Source of the DNA: Lama glama
Taxonomy: Eukaryota
Reading direction: 5' to 3'
NCBI GenBank assembly: GCA_028534125.1
Contig: CM052816.1
Location: forward strand, 98,520,001-98,584,000
DNA: 64,000 nt
Numbering within the stretch: the first letter of the stretch is position 1; each line of letters starts with the position of its first letter. A model generated the notes under the pieces. That model did not search any database, was not told the origin of the DNA, and saw only the letters and a list, made by a program, of their open reading frames with translations. Shown in pieces: positions 1 to 12,660 of the stretch. A program made the translations under genes and the position numbers.

Positions 1-1355
1 AGCACCCGGTCTCTAGCTGGCGGGGCATAGTTCCTCTTCCCAGCCAGAGAGGAAAATCTCATCGTCCGTGGAACATCCACAGAGCGCTAAGAAGAGCCAT
101 GGCTAAGTACTGGGGGGAAGCTAACGCTAGACTAAACACTGTTCTGATCTCACCCAAGTCAGCTTTGAAGTGATTTCTGAAAGGACCACTCTGTCCCTGG
201 CTACCTTTACTTTCTCCAAGAATACAGATCAAAATACATATAGGAATACAAAAACATCCAACATCCCAGGTAAAATTCTCATTTGGTAATCAATCAAAAC
301 CCACCATGCCTACAGAGAAGTAGGAAAATACAAATCTCCATGAGGAGAAAAGTCAGTTAGTCAAAAATGGCACAGGTAGAGTCAAAAGAGGTGTCTGGCT
401 GTATACCATGTGTTCAAGAGCCTACAGGAATGATTAAGCATGTTACGTTGAGACACAGAAGTCATTGAAACCACCCAAGTCAAACTTCTAGAGGTGTAAA
501 TGACTATCAATTATATAAAAAATATAACAGGTGGTGTTAATAAAAGATTAGACATTACAGAAGAAAAAATAGAGAAAAGAGAGAAAAATGATTAAAAAAT
601 GAAATTCAGGGGGAAAGGAGAATTTTAGAAGAAATGGATGGTGGGACAACTTCAAATAATCAAACAGACATCTGACTAGGGTCTCCAGAGAAGGGGAGAG
701 ATGGGGGTGGGGGGAAAGAAAAGCCATTGGAAGTGCTACTGGCCAAAACTTCTCCAAATTTGATGAAAACTACAAACCCACAGTTCCAAGAAGTAAATCT
801 TAAAAGCAGCCAGAGAAAAAAAGGCACTTTAGTTACTGAAGAACAAAGAAGAGGATGACAGTAGATTTCCTATCAGAAACAATGTAAGCTAGATAACAGG
901 GGAGAAACAGCTTTAAAGCACTAGGGGAAATTGTCAACTTAGAAGTCTTTACTCCCTGAAAGTACGTTTCAAAAATTATGAAGACATAGGACTTTCTCAA
1001 GATATACAAAAACTGAAAGAATTCATCACAAGAAAATTTGCACTACAAGAAATGTTAAAGACGTCCTTCAAGCAAAGGAAAGATGATACTGGATGGTAGC
1101 CCAGAACCATGCGAATGAAAGAGGGTGTCAGGTCATTACCTGAGAAAGTATCAAGAATTCTTTCCTTTTTGTTGGTTACATCTCTAAAAAGATAAGTAAT
1201 TATGTAAAAGAAAAATAACTGCAGTGTCTCCTGGGGGTTATACCATATGTAGAAGAAAAACATATGCACCAGCACAGATTCCAGGAGAGGAAACACGGAG
1301 GCGCACAGACCCTCGCAAGGCAGGCAGCGTGGGATTATCCGAAGGTAGACTGTAT
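1..1355 (+). mobile_element. Old L1 (L1M-type) fragment: 5' region, decayed ORF1 and inter-ORF sequence
   Basis: Frameshifted translations AKTSPNLMKTTNPQFQE (~742-792), ILKAAREK (~797-820) and IQKLKEFITRKFALQEMLK (~1003-1060) resemble L1 ORF1p motifs (ENFPNL, ILKAAREK, QKLREFITSRPALQEMLK). Confidence 0.85.
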
Positions 1356-1359
1356 GTGG

Positions 1360-2330
1360 GTTAATTTCCTTCTTCTTTTCTTTCTTGATTTTGATCAGTC
1401 AAGTATTTTGTTATGTTTTTCCTCTAATTTTTGTTAGTTACATATTATTTTATTATTCCTTGAGTAGTTACCCAAAAGGTAAAATATGCATGCCTGACTT
1501 ATATACAATTTAATTTAAATTATTATTTTCACTAATTTCCTGATAATGATAAGAGTTCAGAGCTCCATTCATTTTTCTGACATTTAGTGTTACTGTTGTC
1601 ACATGTTTCAATCATAAATATATTTTAAGTCCCATCAGATACTATAGTTTAACACCATCAATATTCATTCATATTTACGCACATAATTTACTCTTTCCAG
1701 TCTTCTGCATTTGTTTCTGTTCCTTTAGGTTTCTGTCTGTGATGAATATCCTTCTCTGTGAACAACTTCCTTAGAACTTCTCTTAATGAAGATCTGCTGG
1801 TAATTATTTCTCTTCATTTTGTTCCTCTGAACATACGTTGATTTTGCCTCATTTGTGAAGGGTGTGATCTCTTGGTAGCCAATTCTAGGCTGGCAATTTT
1901 TTTTTCAGCCCTTTGAAAATATAGATGCAATTCCATTGTCTTCTGGCTTCAACTGTTCTTGTCAAAAGTCAGTGTCTAGTTTTACTGTTGCTCCTTTGAA
2001 GGTATTATGTCTTGTGTTTTTCCCCTCTGGCTGCTTGTTCCATCCTGCCTTTGCTTTTTTTTTTTTTTTACTAGAATGTATCTAGTTGTTTGCTTGTTTT
2101 GTTTATCTTGCTTTGCTTTTTATTTTGTTGTTTTTGTAGAGATTTTTTAATCTGTGGATTGGTGTGTTATCAGTTTTAGAACAAATAATGCTTCTGTCCC
2201 ACTCATAAATGCCTCTCTGGGATAGAAATTATATATTTGACAAACATTTTTATTTTTATGCTTTTCTTATGATATTTTCTGTATTTTATAACTTTTTTTC
2301 TCTCTCAGTTGTTTAAAAATACCTTTTGTT
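1360..2330 (-). mobile_element. Old L1/HAL1-type ORF1 fragment, antisense
   Basis: Reverse complement of ~1930-2005 reads TFKGATVKLDTDF*, then (frameshifted) VEARRQWN, matching ORF1p TxKG..IRLTADFS..MEARRQW. The T-rich + strand is typical of antisense L1. Confidence 0.75.
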
Positions 2331-3164
2331 GTTGTTGACCAGCAACAACAGTTGAATATGGAAGTGCAAATGGAGTTTGGGCATCTTGATTCAAACACGC
2401 ATTCTTTATTGGTACAGTTAAAGGCAGCTCTTTCCTTCATTTCTCCCTCCCTCCCTCCCTGCCTTCTGACCTCTGTTGCCAGGGGAGGGCACTGGGGTAT
2501 TGCATATTCTCAGCTTCTCTTGTGTTTATGTAGGTACTTGCTTCACCCCTTGCTCCCTTCTCTTTTACCACTAAACCATCCTACTTCTCCTTCAGAAATG
2601 ATTTTCCTTATTTCCTCACCAAGAGGGGCTTTCTCCTCTACACACAGCCTCTTCCCTCTCCATTTTTCTACATGCTGTTACCCGACAGTTTGTTCAGGAT
2701 GGGCTCCAGAGTTCACGTCTGAATCTTGCTGTTTATTTGACATTTATAGTATTCCTGTCTCCTAATTATATTATAAGTGTGTGTTACGAGTGACATTGTT
2801 TGCTTTTCTTGTGGAACTGAGTTTTTTTTTTAATATGTAGAGAGGTTTGAATTTTAATCACCAACATTCTCTGGGTTCTCTTTAATCAGATCCTCAAGTG
2901 GCTATTGGGAGAGAGATCAAATAGAAATATCCAAAATTGTTTATGTGCAAGTATTCCTTTTATAATATATTGCAATTTTTATTGTTCTGACTAGTAACGA
3001 TTCTGATATTAAGAGAACATCCATTTTGCTCCCTCTAAACTCTGGTCAAGGGCATGCCAGTGGTCCACAGCACCTCTTTCTTGTGTGACATTTACTCAGA
3101 TGCAATGTTCTATATATAATCTCTGACTCACACTCTGATATGCAGTCCAATATCGATGTGCTAA

Positions 3165-3318
3165 ACAGCTTGTTTAAATGCTAATTCTTGGGCTGTATCT
3201 CCAGAGATTATGATTCAGGGAGTCTGTTGAAGGTGCTGAGAGTGTCTGAATTTCTAATAGGCATCCCACACAATTCTGACTCAGGCAGGCCTGGTACCAC
3301 CCTTCCAAAAACACTGAC
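3165..3318. mobile_element. MER5-like hAT-Charlie MITE
   Basis: gcttgtttaaatgctaattcttggg...ccagagattatgattcagggagtctg...cacccttccaaaaacactg resembles the MER5A layout. Confidence 0.6.
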
Positions 3319-5624
3319 ATACCTCAAGGATCCATCATCAGAGAAGGAAGATCCCAGCTGTAGAAGATTTGTGCCAGGAACACCAGGATAATCTCAAGGC
3401 ACCAAATAAGCAGGAAGGCTGAGAGCATCAAATAGAGCATAGTGTTCAGCAGCAGAACTCTGCAAACCCCAAGTTCTTGAAGACGGTGAGTAGGTGCTTC
3501 AAATGTATTTTTACAATATATCATCTCCTTTTCAAAGATCAGAACACATGATTTAGAGACACTCAACCAGAACCCAGGTTGAATGATCATAACTAAGGAG
3601 TCTATAAACGTGAGAGAAACAGTAGGAGTCAAAGTACTAGACTGGAGACTGGGGAACAGAATCAGCATTAAGTCTAGTCAAATTCTCCTGATGATGAAGA
3701 TTGTTCCTGAAGTCAAGGATGTCCCTGAGCTCCCAGCCAGAAGAGAGTCCCTCTGCAGCTACAGACCAAGAGAGGGACCCAAGGAGGACAAGCTGATTTT
3801 CTCTTCATTTTAACCCAATTTCTTTGCAAAAGGCAGACCCCTTTCATAACCTCCTGAGCTTCTTATTAAGTTCCAAAACAGTAACAGCCAAAAATGTACA
3901 CATGGAGGTAGGGAGAACCTTCTGAAAGAAAATGGACCAGTGATCTTGGAAGGAAAACCCCTTCATGGAAATAAATACTTTTCCTTGGAGAAGAAATAAT
4001 TGCATGCCTTTCTTACTTATGACACAGAAGTAAAATCTGTGTTGGCCAAGTAGGTATTTTACCTTCCCAAACTCCCTTCTCTTGAACATGAGCCAATGAA
4101 TTTTCAAGGCAGTGAGTCTGAAACTTACTGCACATGCACCACATTTCCACAAGTGAATACGTTAATTTAACTCATCCATTGGAGACTGCAAAACATTATA
4201 TGAAACGAGGGTTTTCCTACTAAGCATGGAATGGAATAGCTAAGTAATTTTGGGGATGGTTAATAAGACCAATAGTCCTTAAAAAGTAAAGCTACTATCT
4301 GGAAAAAAATCACAAAAATCTTCATTAGTGGTTGATGGAAATCTCTCAAGCTTTTTCCATTAATGTTGCATGAAAAGTATGCTTGCCAAATCAACCAGGG
4401 TTTTTTAAAGAGGGATCAAGGAATTAAACCCACCTTATTTGGACAAGCCATGAAACAGCTCATAGAACTGTTTATCATTCATTTTTACCAAGAAATTAAA
4501 ATGTATAGGCCTGTTAGATTATGGGAACAGTTTTCATTGTAGAACTGAAGTTTCTTAGTTCCAGAGACAATTTTGATTTAGTCAAATTAGCTTTTATTAC
4601 ATTATAATCTCACCTTTGGTCTCTCCTTTTTCCCTGCCAAGAAATCATTAATTTTTTTCCCCAGAATTTTATTAGCCTTCTTTACAAAGGAAATTTTCTC
4701 TTAAAAAATTTATATATAAAACAGGGTCAAAAGCCTAGATCACTGGGAAAATCTAAACTTTACTTGATTGCACCGCAGCTATTGTTATAACTTGATGAGA
4801 GAATAAAAAAGCAGAGTTAGTTATTTATAGTGTATCTCAATATGCTCTGAATATTTTAACAAGCTACTCCTCTCAGTGGCATTATAAGATTGTGTTTCTT
4901 TTTTGATCCTCCAAGTGCATAATAATGGTGGTGTGTTCCAGACAGAACCAGAAACCTGACCTCACATCCTGGGGACCTGCATTTATGGTCCTTGCTCTTC
5001 AAGTCTTTAAATTAACCTACTCACATTATGGGTTCTTGGAGGATATAGCGGTTCGAAACATCGTCACTGTTCAAGACAAACTGGGCCCAACATAGTCCCA
5101 ATTTTAGCTATAAAAAGCTGACAGCAAGCACTGTTTGTATGTGGTTAGCCAGTAATTTTCGTAATGCAGCTTTTTGTTACTATTTGGAGTGCTATAATTA
5201 ATACCATTCTGGTATATCAGTTTGAACTCATATTTCACGCCAAGCAAAAAGTTGGCAGCCATGTTAGAGGTATAAAAATAAGACAAGGGATAGACTAATT
5301 TTAGAACATGGAGAAGTTTTGAATTAAATTCCGGAATGATTATGTAAAATACAGGGCAGCAGGCAAGATCACCGCACATCATAACGTGCTCAGGGAGGCA
5401 TGTCTTCCATAGCTGAACTCACAGGGAGGCCAAAACCCACATGAAAATACAGAGACAGAAGGACAGCTCATAGGCTGGACTCATCCACCAGGGGTACGAT
5501 GTCACGGACTCTCGGGATAAGGGTGGTGCGGGTCTCAGAAAAGCCACTGTTACCCAAAGACGTAGCGTGTGTGGTGAGAGGGAGCGTGTGCATTAAGTAA
5601 TGAGTAGGTTTCCGTGTCGTTTGC

Positions 5625-5710
5625 CTCTTTTTAGATGAGGGAAGTTGGAACGGGGAGAGGTTAAATGAATTATCAAGATCATACAGGTGGGGACGTAATA
5701 GATTAGGATG
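5625..5710 (-). mobile_element. MIR fragment
   Basis: ttttagatgagggaagttggaacggggagaggttaaatgaattatcaagatcatacagg resembles the MIR core. Confidence 0.55.
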
Positions 5711-6829
5711 GAAAAATCTAAAGCAACAGGGGCCACATGGTGGACACTCAGAGTATTGATGGAATGATTCAATAGGAGATGAATCCTGAAAGGTCTAGAA
5801 AGACGTTGATATCCCCTGGAATGAGCAAAGGGTCAGCCTCTCCTGGGTTAGTCTGAGACTAAGGCGGATTCAAAGGACAGCCCAGGGTCCAGTTTAGTCC
5901 AGATGCTCGTTAGAGGGGAACCAAAGGAAGGCAAAACACAAAACTGGTATCTGCCTCTTTGGATTTCTCCCCAAATCATTCCTATTCCTGCAAATGTGAG
6001 AAAAACTAAATCTTTGTGAGGAGAGAGAGACAGAGGGGAAGAGAGTCGGGGGGAGAATCGTTCATCTGACCCTTAGCATCTGGCCAGCTGCACGCACACA
6101 GGATTTCCAGTGTGATGGGCTGTCATTCTTGGCTGACCTCTGTGTCCTAAACGTGGCATAAGTAAAATGAGAGATCAGGGCACTTTCATTTATTACAATG
6201 AGTACTCTTAAGAAGAAGGCATGTCTTTGTATCCACAGCAAAACAGGCCTTACCTAAAGAACAGCAAAGCGTCGTGTTTCCCTCGGCCAGATGGATCTGA
6301 GGCAGCATCTGTGGGTAATTCTGTTAGCAGAGATCCCCCCTCCATCTGGACCAAGCTTAATTATCACCAGACCTACTTACACAATGATATGAAGACAAGG
6401 AAGAGAGGAGGGAGAACGGGAATAGTTCATACTGTTTTTAATTTATTTTTTTTCAGTAACGATAGGTTAGACGGGCAAATAAAACTAGATTAAACCCAGC
6501 TGGGAGAAGCAGATAAGAATCTTGAAACTAAATGCCAAACCATAGTATCCCAAAAATACCTTGTTTTCTTTCAAAGAACAACATGTTACCTTTGAAGCAG
6601 GTGATACACTTGGTTGAAATGTTAGCATCTTCCATGCACACCCAGATTTCATAAGGCCCTTTCCTGAAAGGCATAATAAAAGATATTTATTTTTAAAATG
6701 TGCAGAAGTTTTATCCTGTTGGTTTTTTCCTAAACTAAGAGTAAGTTCCAAAACTTCTAAGACATGCGTATCATTGGAATAAATTTTCCTGACACACACA
6801 GACACGCACACTGTGTTTATTTCATCTAA

Positions 6830-7015
6830 TCAGTCTTGGTGGCACTGACATCTGGGCTTCGGTAATCTTCTGTCATGGGGGCTGTCCTGTGCATTTTAGG
6901 ACCCCCTTCTCTGCACAGTATTCCAGTAGCATCCTCCACTTGTGACAACCTAAAACGTCTCTAGACATTGCCAAATGCCTCTGGGAGGCAAAATCATCCT
7001 GGTTAGGTGCCCTTC
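6830..7015. mobile_element. MER20-like hAT-Charlie element
   Basis: ggcactgacatctgggc...gggggctgtcctgtgcatt...tgtgacaacctaaaacgtctctagacattgccaaatgcctctgggaggcaaaatc is the characteristic MER20 sequence. Confidence 0.85.
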
Positions 7016-7429
7016 CTCTAAATCGATGTCTCATAATAAAAGACTGTTTAGATTGAAGCTCTCACTCTGGTCCTGGGGAGGCTGAAGGGCAGAGGAGGCC
7101 CCGCCATGTCCCACGTCACTGGGTAGTGGCAGAGACGGGTCTCCAGCCTGTTACTTAAGACTTCTGGCCTGTAGCTCCATCCACTGCATTATTACTAGAG
7201 AGATTCAGGGCCCAGTTTCTCCCTGTTTCCTTTCCTTTCCAGCCTCAAAAAGAAATCTCCAAAAGTCACTATTATGAGAAAAAAAAAATTTGAAGATAAA
7301 ATAATCAGATTTGCGGCGATGTGATCAGCGCTGCCATCAGTTTCAAAGCGCCCACTCCAGTGACTCAGGCACCAGCACGAGGGCCTCGCGTTTCTCTGTG
7401 AAGTTCCCATTTATCGTGCTAACTTGCCA

Positions 7430-7570
7430 GCACGTCCTGTTATCCATGGACGGCAGCAAAAACTGAGGCTCAGAAAGGGGAACAAGTCTCCTGAGATGGC
7501 ACAGGTCCCAACAGGCGGAGTAGAATTGGGGCTGCTCTCCGATTTCAAATCCCTGCCTTTTCCTGAGCAG
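7430..7570 (-). mobile_element. MIR fragment
   Basis: aaactgaggctcagaaagggg...ctgagatggcacag...gatttcaaatcc resembles the MIR core. Confidence 0.6.
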
Positions 7571-8660
7571 CACGAGATTCGGTGGTTACCTGGTCCAACC
7601 CTTCAGACGCGGTGGCGGCGGTGAACCCGGGGCAGGGCGGCCCGCGAGCCCTCACCCCCGCCCCCAGCCGGGAGCTCGCGTGGCTCCTGTTCTCTGCGCG
7701 TGAGTCTCAGGGTCCCCCTTCTGGCTCAGAATTCGCTTGTATCTGAAAAGGCTGACTTGATTTAGGACAAGCCCTGTGCTCAGTGGCCTACCCTCCGCAG
7801 AGGGTGTTTAAGTACCGCTGAATATGGGGCTGGTGGACGGGTCCGCCTGGGGACCCGGACACAGCGCCATCGCCCCCCACGGTTCTGCAGCGAGAGAGCA
7901 GGGGCGGGGGTGGGAGAGCCGTGGCCCCGGGTCCCCCGGCCGGCCTTGGAAGCTGGGACTCGGGGTCCCCGGGAAGGGCCCGGGATAGGGGCGTCCCCGT
8001 GCGCCCCTCGGTCCTGTCTGCCAGCGGCTTTGCAGAAGGGGAGGAGCGTGGCTTCTGCTTCCTAGCTCCCTCCAGGCGGCCCAGCGCCAGGCCCCCTGGT
8101 GCAAAGTAACCCCCCACCCACCAGAGCATATGCTGCGCATGCCTGTGAAGGCTGCTGGGCTGGGTTTTGACGGAGCTGCAGCTCAGAGAGCGCAGGGCAG
8201 GGCGGCAAGGCTCCCACGGGCCGTTTCCGAAGAGCCCGGATGACCACGCTTCGCTCTGCCTCCACTGCCTTGGAGGGTGGGGAGGCCGGCTGATGCCCGG
8301 GATGTCAGGCAGGGGTGCGCGCGCCCCTCGCCTCTGCAGAGCCTTCCGAGGTATGCTTTGGGGTTCCCTCCCCCTCCCCCAGCAAACCCCTAGATGCTGT
8401 GCTGCAGCACACGCGCCCTGCCTCTTGCCTTTCTCCGTGGGGCCAAGGCACAGGGGCCAATGGAGAAGAAGCCCAGAGCCAAGCTGAGCGGCAGCCCTGC
8501 GGGTGTTCTGGAAGGACGGCGCCCACCCACACGCACGGCCTCTGCTGCCACGGGGGCCGGGGGAGGGGCTGGTGACAAACCCCCTCCCACGCGGAAGATC
8601 TGCCCAGGACCCCGTCCCTGCCCAGCACTGGGTGCCCGGTGAGCTCTGGGTCCCCAGACA
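7570..8660. promoter_or_regulatory. CpG island / candidate promoter or enhancer
   Basis: About 1.1 kb that is visibly GC-rich and CpG-dense relative to the flanks. Contains a GC box ggggcggggg (~7901-7910) and an NRF1-like tgcgcatgc (8134-8142). O/E ratio not computed. Confidence 0.7.
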
Positions 8661-10603
8661 GTGGGAACCAGATGGCAGGGTCTGCTCACTGGGAACTAAT
8701 CTCCGTGGATGCTGCTAGGAGTCCAATCACAGCCTTCAATTCCTTTGATTAAAAGCAAAAAGTATCCTCTCGTTTAAGTGTCAGCATGAACTAGAAGTAA
8801 GAGAGACGTCAGGTCTATGACCAAACCTTTTTTTATTCGGAAAAATCTGGACATAAGCCTAAATCCAAGGGTCAAGTGAGAAATCTGGGTGATTTCTACG
8901 CAGCCACTGAAGTATCAGAGTGAATGCCTGTCTCTCGTTCAAGGGTTTGCTTGTGTACAATGACAAAGGCAGAGGTGACAGAGGCGACGGGAGGGGAACA
9001 GGACGGGGGTTTAAAAATACAGTGTGACCAAATTGTAATGTAGGTCGGAAATATACCTGGGTTTAATTTAGGAAGAGTTCCGTTTATACCCCCTGTTTCC
9101 AAAGTAGCTCTATTTTTAGATGCTTCACCATGAGGCTAGGCATCTTGGATCTCTGAGCGTCATTATACAAATGTTCTTACAAAACCGAGGGAGTCACGGT
9201 GACCGTGCCTGGTGAGGAAGGAAATTACCCTCGAAGTGCTGCTCCAGGCTCAATCGCCACTTAGTGGAGCTCGCTGAGATGGCAAAAATAGAGAAACTCA
9301 AATAGCTGCGAGAATGGGCTGGGAGACCTCTGATGCGAGACAAGGTCACAGAGAAAATGTGTGCGACGTGCCTGGCCTCCGTCGGGGTGGATTAGGGCTC
9401 TGCGTCACCCAGGTCCCCACGCCCGACACGTCCTGCTCGGAGCTCCAAAGCGTTTCTGTCACGCTCCTTTGTTCCACCTCAAACTCGTGCCATCTGGAGC
9501 CCCCACCTCCTCAGAGCTGCTCAGCAGCCTTTCATCTACCAAGCACTGAGTTTCTAGAACGTTCCTCCCATCAGCTGCTGTGTAAGTCACTTCTTCTTTC
9601 GTCACCTTCCGTCCATCCCCAGTGGCCTCACTCTCAAACAGCCCCGATGTCTACTTCTCGGGATCACAGGCGGGAGCTCCTCACTCGTACACATATTTTT
9701 GTTCTCACCCTCCTTTCTCTCCTTCCTTCCCGTTCGCCTCTTTGCTGAGCTGAGTGCATCCTTCCAGGACTGGGGCGTTCGTCACACACACAACAGTCCT
9801 TGTGACGGGGAGTGCAGGCATTGGGGAAGAATTAGAGGCACGGGGGAGGAAGGGAGAGGAGGGAGGAAGTAGGAGAAGGAAGCAGAAGAGAAGGGGCGCT
9901 CAGGTCAGCGGGGCTGCTCTGCCAGCAGAGCCGCAGTCCCACTTAGAGCCACACTCGCCTCGGGCTCCGGGGATGAGGTGCTGGTGCAGGCTGACCCGGA
10001 ACGTGCCTCTTATGCTAAACGCTCTGACTTGAAAGTAATCCCAAAGGCTGATGGGTGAAGGGTTACTGGAAAGGCAGACACCATTCAGGGTGGAAACAGG
10101 CAGAGGGTGTGTGTCCGACAGGAACTTCTCCTGTCTTCACGCAAAGGCCCGGGTAATGGTCCGGACGTCAGGCCTGTGTCCGCCTGTCCTTCTCCTCATT
10201 AGGTGCTCTCTGTCACCCATAGCCCTGGATCCCCTCCGCATGGCCCTCACCGATCCTCACTCTCTTGCCCAGAGCTCAGTCTTGGAGGAACCGGGACGGA
10301 GTGGCTCCTGCCCTGGTTCAGCGCCAGCACCTGCGGCCTGGCTGGTGCAAGGCCCTCCCCGTGCTGCTGGCTGCTGCTCTGGCCGCTGGGCATCCAGGAT
10401 GGCCCCTCCCTCCCCCTTCTCAGCCTCCTTCCCTTTCTTCCTTCCTTCCCTTCTTTAAAGTTTTGAGAGCAGTGTTAGGTTCACAGCTTACGTTCACAGC
10501 AAGAGTGCAGACCTACAGTCCACAGCAGGAAGCATCCAAAGTAAGACTCCAGAGAAACAGGCAGAGGCCACAGGGGCATTTCTGACCTATTCCTTTTTTT
10601 GTT

Positions 10604-10945
10604 TTTTTCAATTGAAATATAGTCCATTCACAATATTATGTTAATTTCCGGTGTACAGCATAGTAGCTCATTTACGCAGATATATTCCTTTGCGTGTTTT
10701 TTATCTTTTATGGGGGGGTGGTAATTAACTTCATTTATTTATTTTTTTAGAGGAGGTACTGGGGATTAAACCCAGGACCCCGTGCATGCTAAGCAGGTGC
10801 TCTACCCCTTGAGCTATGTCCTCCCCTCTCATAGTCTTTTTTATTGTAGGCTATAGCAAGGTACTGAGTATAGTTGCCTGTGCTACAGAGGGACCTTCCT
10901 GTTTATCTATTGTAAATATAGTAGCTAGTATCTGCAAATCCTGAA
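10604..10945 (-). mobile_element. Lineage-specific (cetartiodactyl-type) L1 3' end, interrupted by a SINE
   Basis: tttttcaattgaaatatagtc...ggtgtacagcatagt and gagtatagttgcctgtgctacag...gtatctgcaaatcctgaa are the reverse complement of the L1 3' UTR seen at 57108-57385. Confidence 0.8.
10700..10828 (-). mobile_element. tRNA-Ala-derived SINE (camelid vic-1-like)
   Basis: Reverse complement gives ggggaggacatagctcaaggggtagagcacctgcttagcatgcacggggtcctgggtttaatccccagtacctcc followed by an A-rich/taattacc tail; A and B boxes are recognisable. Confidence 0.85.
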
Positions 10946-12342
10946 TGGATCTATTCTGGAAAGTCATGCATTGACTGACTGTTTTCTTGAAAGTGTGTAA
11001 GCACATCTGACTGTCCTTTATGATTGGATCACTGCATTCTGTTGATTCTTATTTCGTGGTTGGTTTTATTCCTTTGATAACTATGTAAGTTTAAAAAGCT
11101 AAAGTTCTAAACTGTTCTTAGAAACAAAGAACAGTACATATATGTACATTTTAAAATGATTTTATCTCTCAATGAGTTGCTCTTCCTAGAATAGACTTTG
11201 TTGAAAAAAAAAAAAAAGTCATGCAGTATCGCTTCTGCCCCTTCTTTGGTGATAAGTGAGTCCCTGAAGCCAGCTTGGACTCAAGGTGTGGGCCAGCTGT
11301 CGTGAGAGGTGAGGAGGGTGGCAACGTCATGGCAACGGGAGACGCTCTTGAGGCCACCCTCAGAAAATGCAACCTACTGCCCGTGCTGAAACATGAGCAT
11401 CTGATGGACAAGATCTGGCCTTTACACAAAGGTTATCTCAAAACAGAGTGAGCCCACAGGATAGAGCACACTGACGTATGCTTATTTATGTATAATATTT
11501 TTGAAACCTACTGTAGTAGACACATCATGTCCACTTGCCTCACCATCCTTCTCGGTCCCCTGCCAGCATCCAGCCTCCCCGGGCCCCATAGCCATGTCTG
11601 GGCAATAGGGCGTGAGAGCAGCACCTGGCAGCTCCAGGCAGAGGCCTTCAAGAGCCTGAGACTGCAGTCCTCTCTCCTGCGCACCTGCCACCATGACTGT
11701 TGGCTCCACATGAGCAGCCACATGCAGGCGGAATCCAGCTCAGCTGACACCCCTCCCAACCTGCCATCCTTCATCTCACTGTTCGGCGTAGGATGTGCCC
11801 TGTGGGCAAGACGTTAAGTTTCATTGTATTAAACCAGTGTCACCTGAGTATTTATCTGCTACCACAGCAGAGCAGGGTGTTATCATAATACTATAAATCC
11901 TTGTGCAAAGGTGGAGTGCTGTGGAAATAAAAAATGAAAATTCATGACATTGGCTCAACAGTAGAGCAGTGCGTGGCCAGGGATCTGATTCCAGAAGCTG
12001 AAACAAGGGAGATCCGTGATCCATTTTACAAAACAGAAAAGGGGTAAAATGTACATTTAGTTATCATTTGGGTTCAAAAAAAGTATTACAGGAAAGATAA
12101 ATAAGTCATAGAAACTTAGCTAATTTGCAAACACGGGTGAGAGAAAATTCTGAGAGTCCAGAATTTGGGGCCCTTGCAGCCTGGGATGATCTGATTATTT
12201 CTAGACTCTGAAGAGTAAAAGGTGGGACTTCAAAAGACTGAGGGGTGAAAACACAATACAACCTCAAAACAGCCTCCATTTGGGAAGGGAGTACACGGGG
12301 GTAACAAAGCAAAGAAACAGGGAGCATTCGAGCTCTGTGCCT

Positions 12343-12660
12343 TGACAAGGGCGCCCTCCTTGACCAGGCTGGGCCTGGTCCTTGGTCTGCTACGCCCGGT
12401 TTTAGCAAGACTCCTGCTAAGCCAGGTTATCAAGAGTCCCCCCAGCCTTGATATCCAATCAAGTTGCTCCTCCCCCACCCTGGTTTCTAACCAGTTCGTC
12501 TTGGTGATTTTCCATCCACAGACTCAGCCCATGGACTTGAGATCCCCAGCTGCCCTCGCTGTATTCCGAGCTGAGGCCAACCTCTCTCCCCCATTGCAGC
12601 AGTCTCAAATAAAGTCTTCTTTGCCTGTTTAACTCTGTCCAGGGCAATTCTTCCAGCCCA
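12343..12660 (+). mobile_element. ERV1 solo LTR, MER31/MER67-like
   Basis: Starts tgacaagggcgccctccttgacc. Contains gttttagcaagactcctgctaag...ccttgatatc and a polyA signal aataaagtcttctttgcctgtttaact. Confidence 0.7.

Noticed and set aside
4331..4365. Short hairpin ttgatggaaa...tttccattaa as a possible small RNA
   Set aside because: A 10-bp AT-rich stem is too short for a pre-miRNA and is expected by chance.
7788..8718. Many overlapping ORFs in the CpG island
   Set aside because: Open in several frames on both strands, with P/G/A/R-rich composition and no recognisable domain; expected from stop-codon scarcity at high GC.
9841..10456. Polypurine (9841-9897) and polypyrimidine (10404-10456) tracts as a triplex or inverted structure
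   Set aside because: Low-complexity tracts without clear mirror symmetry or exact complementarity.
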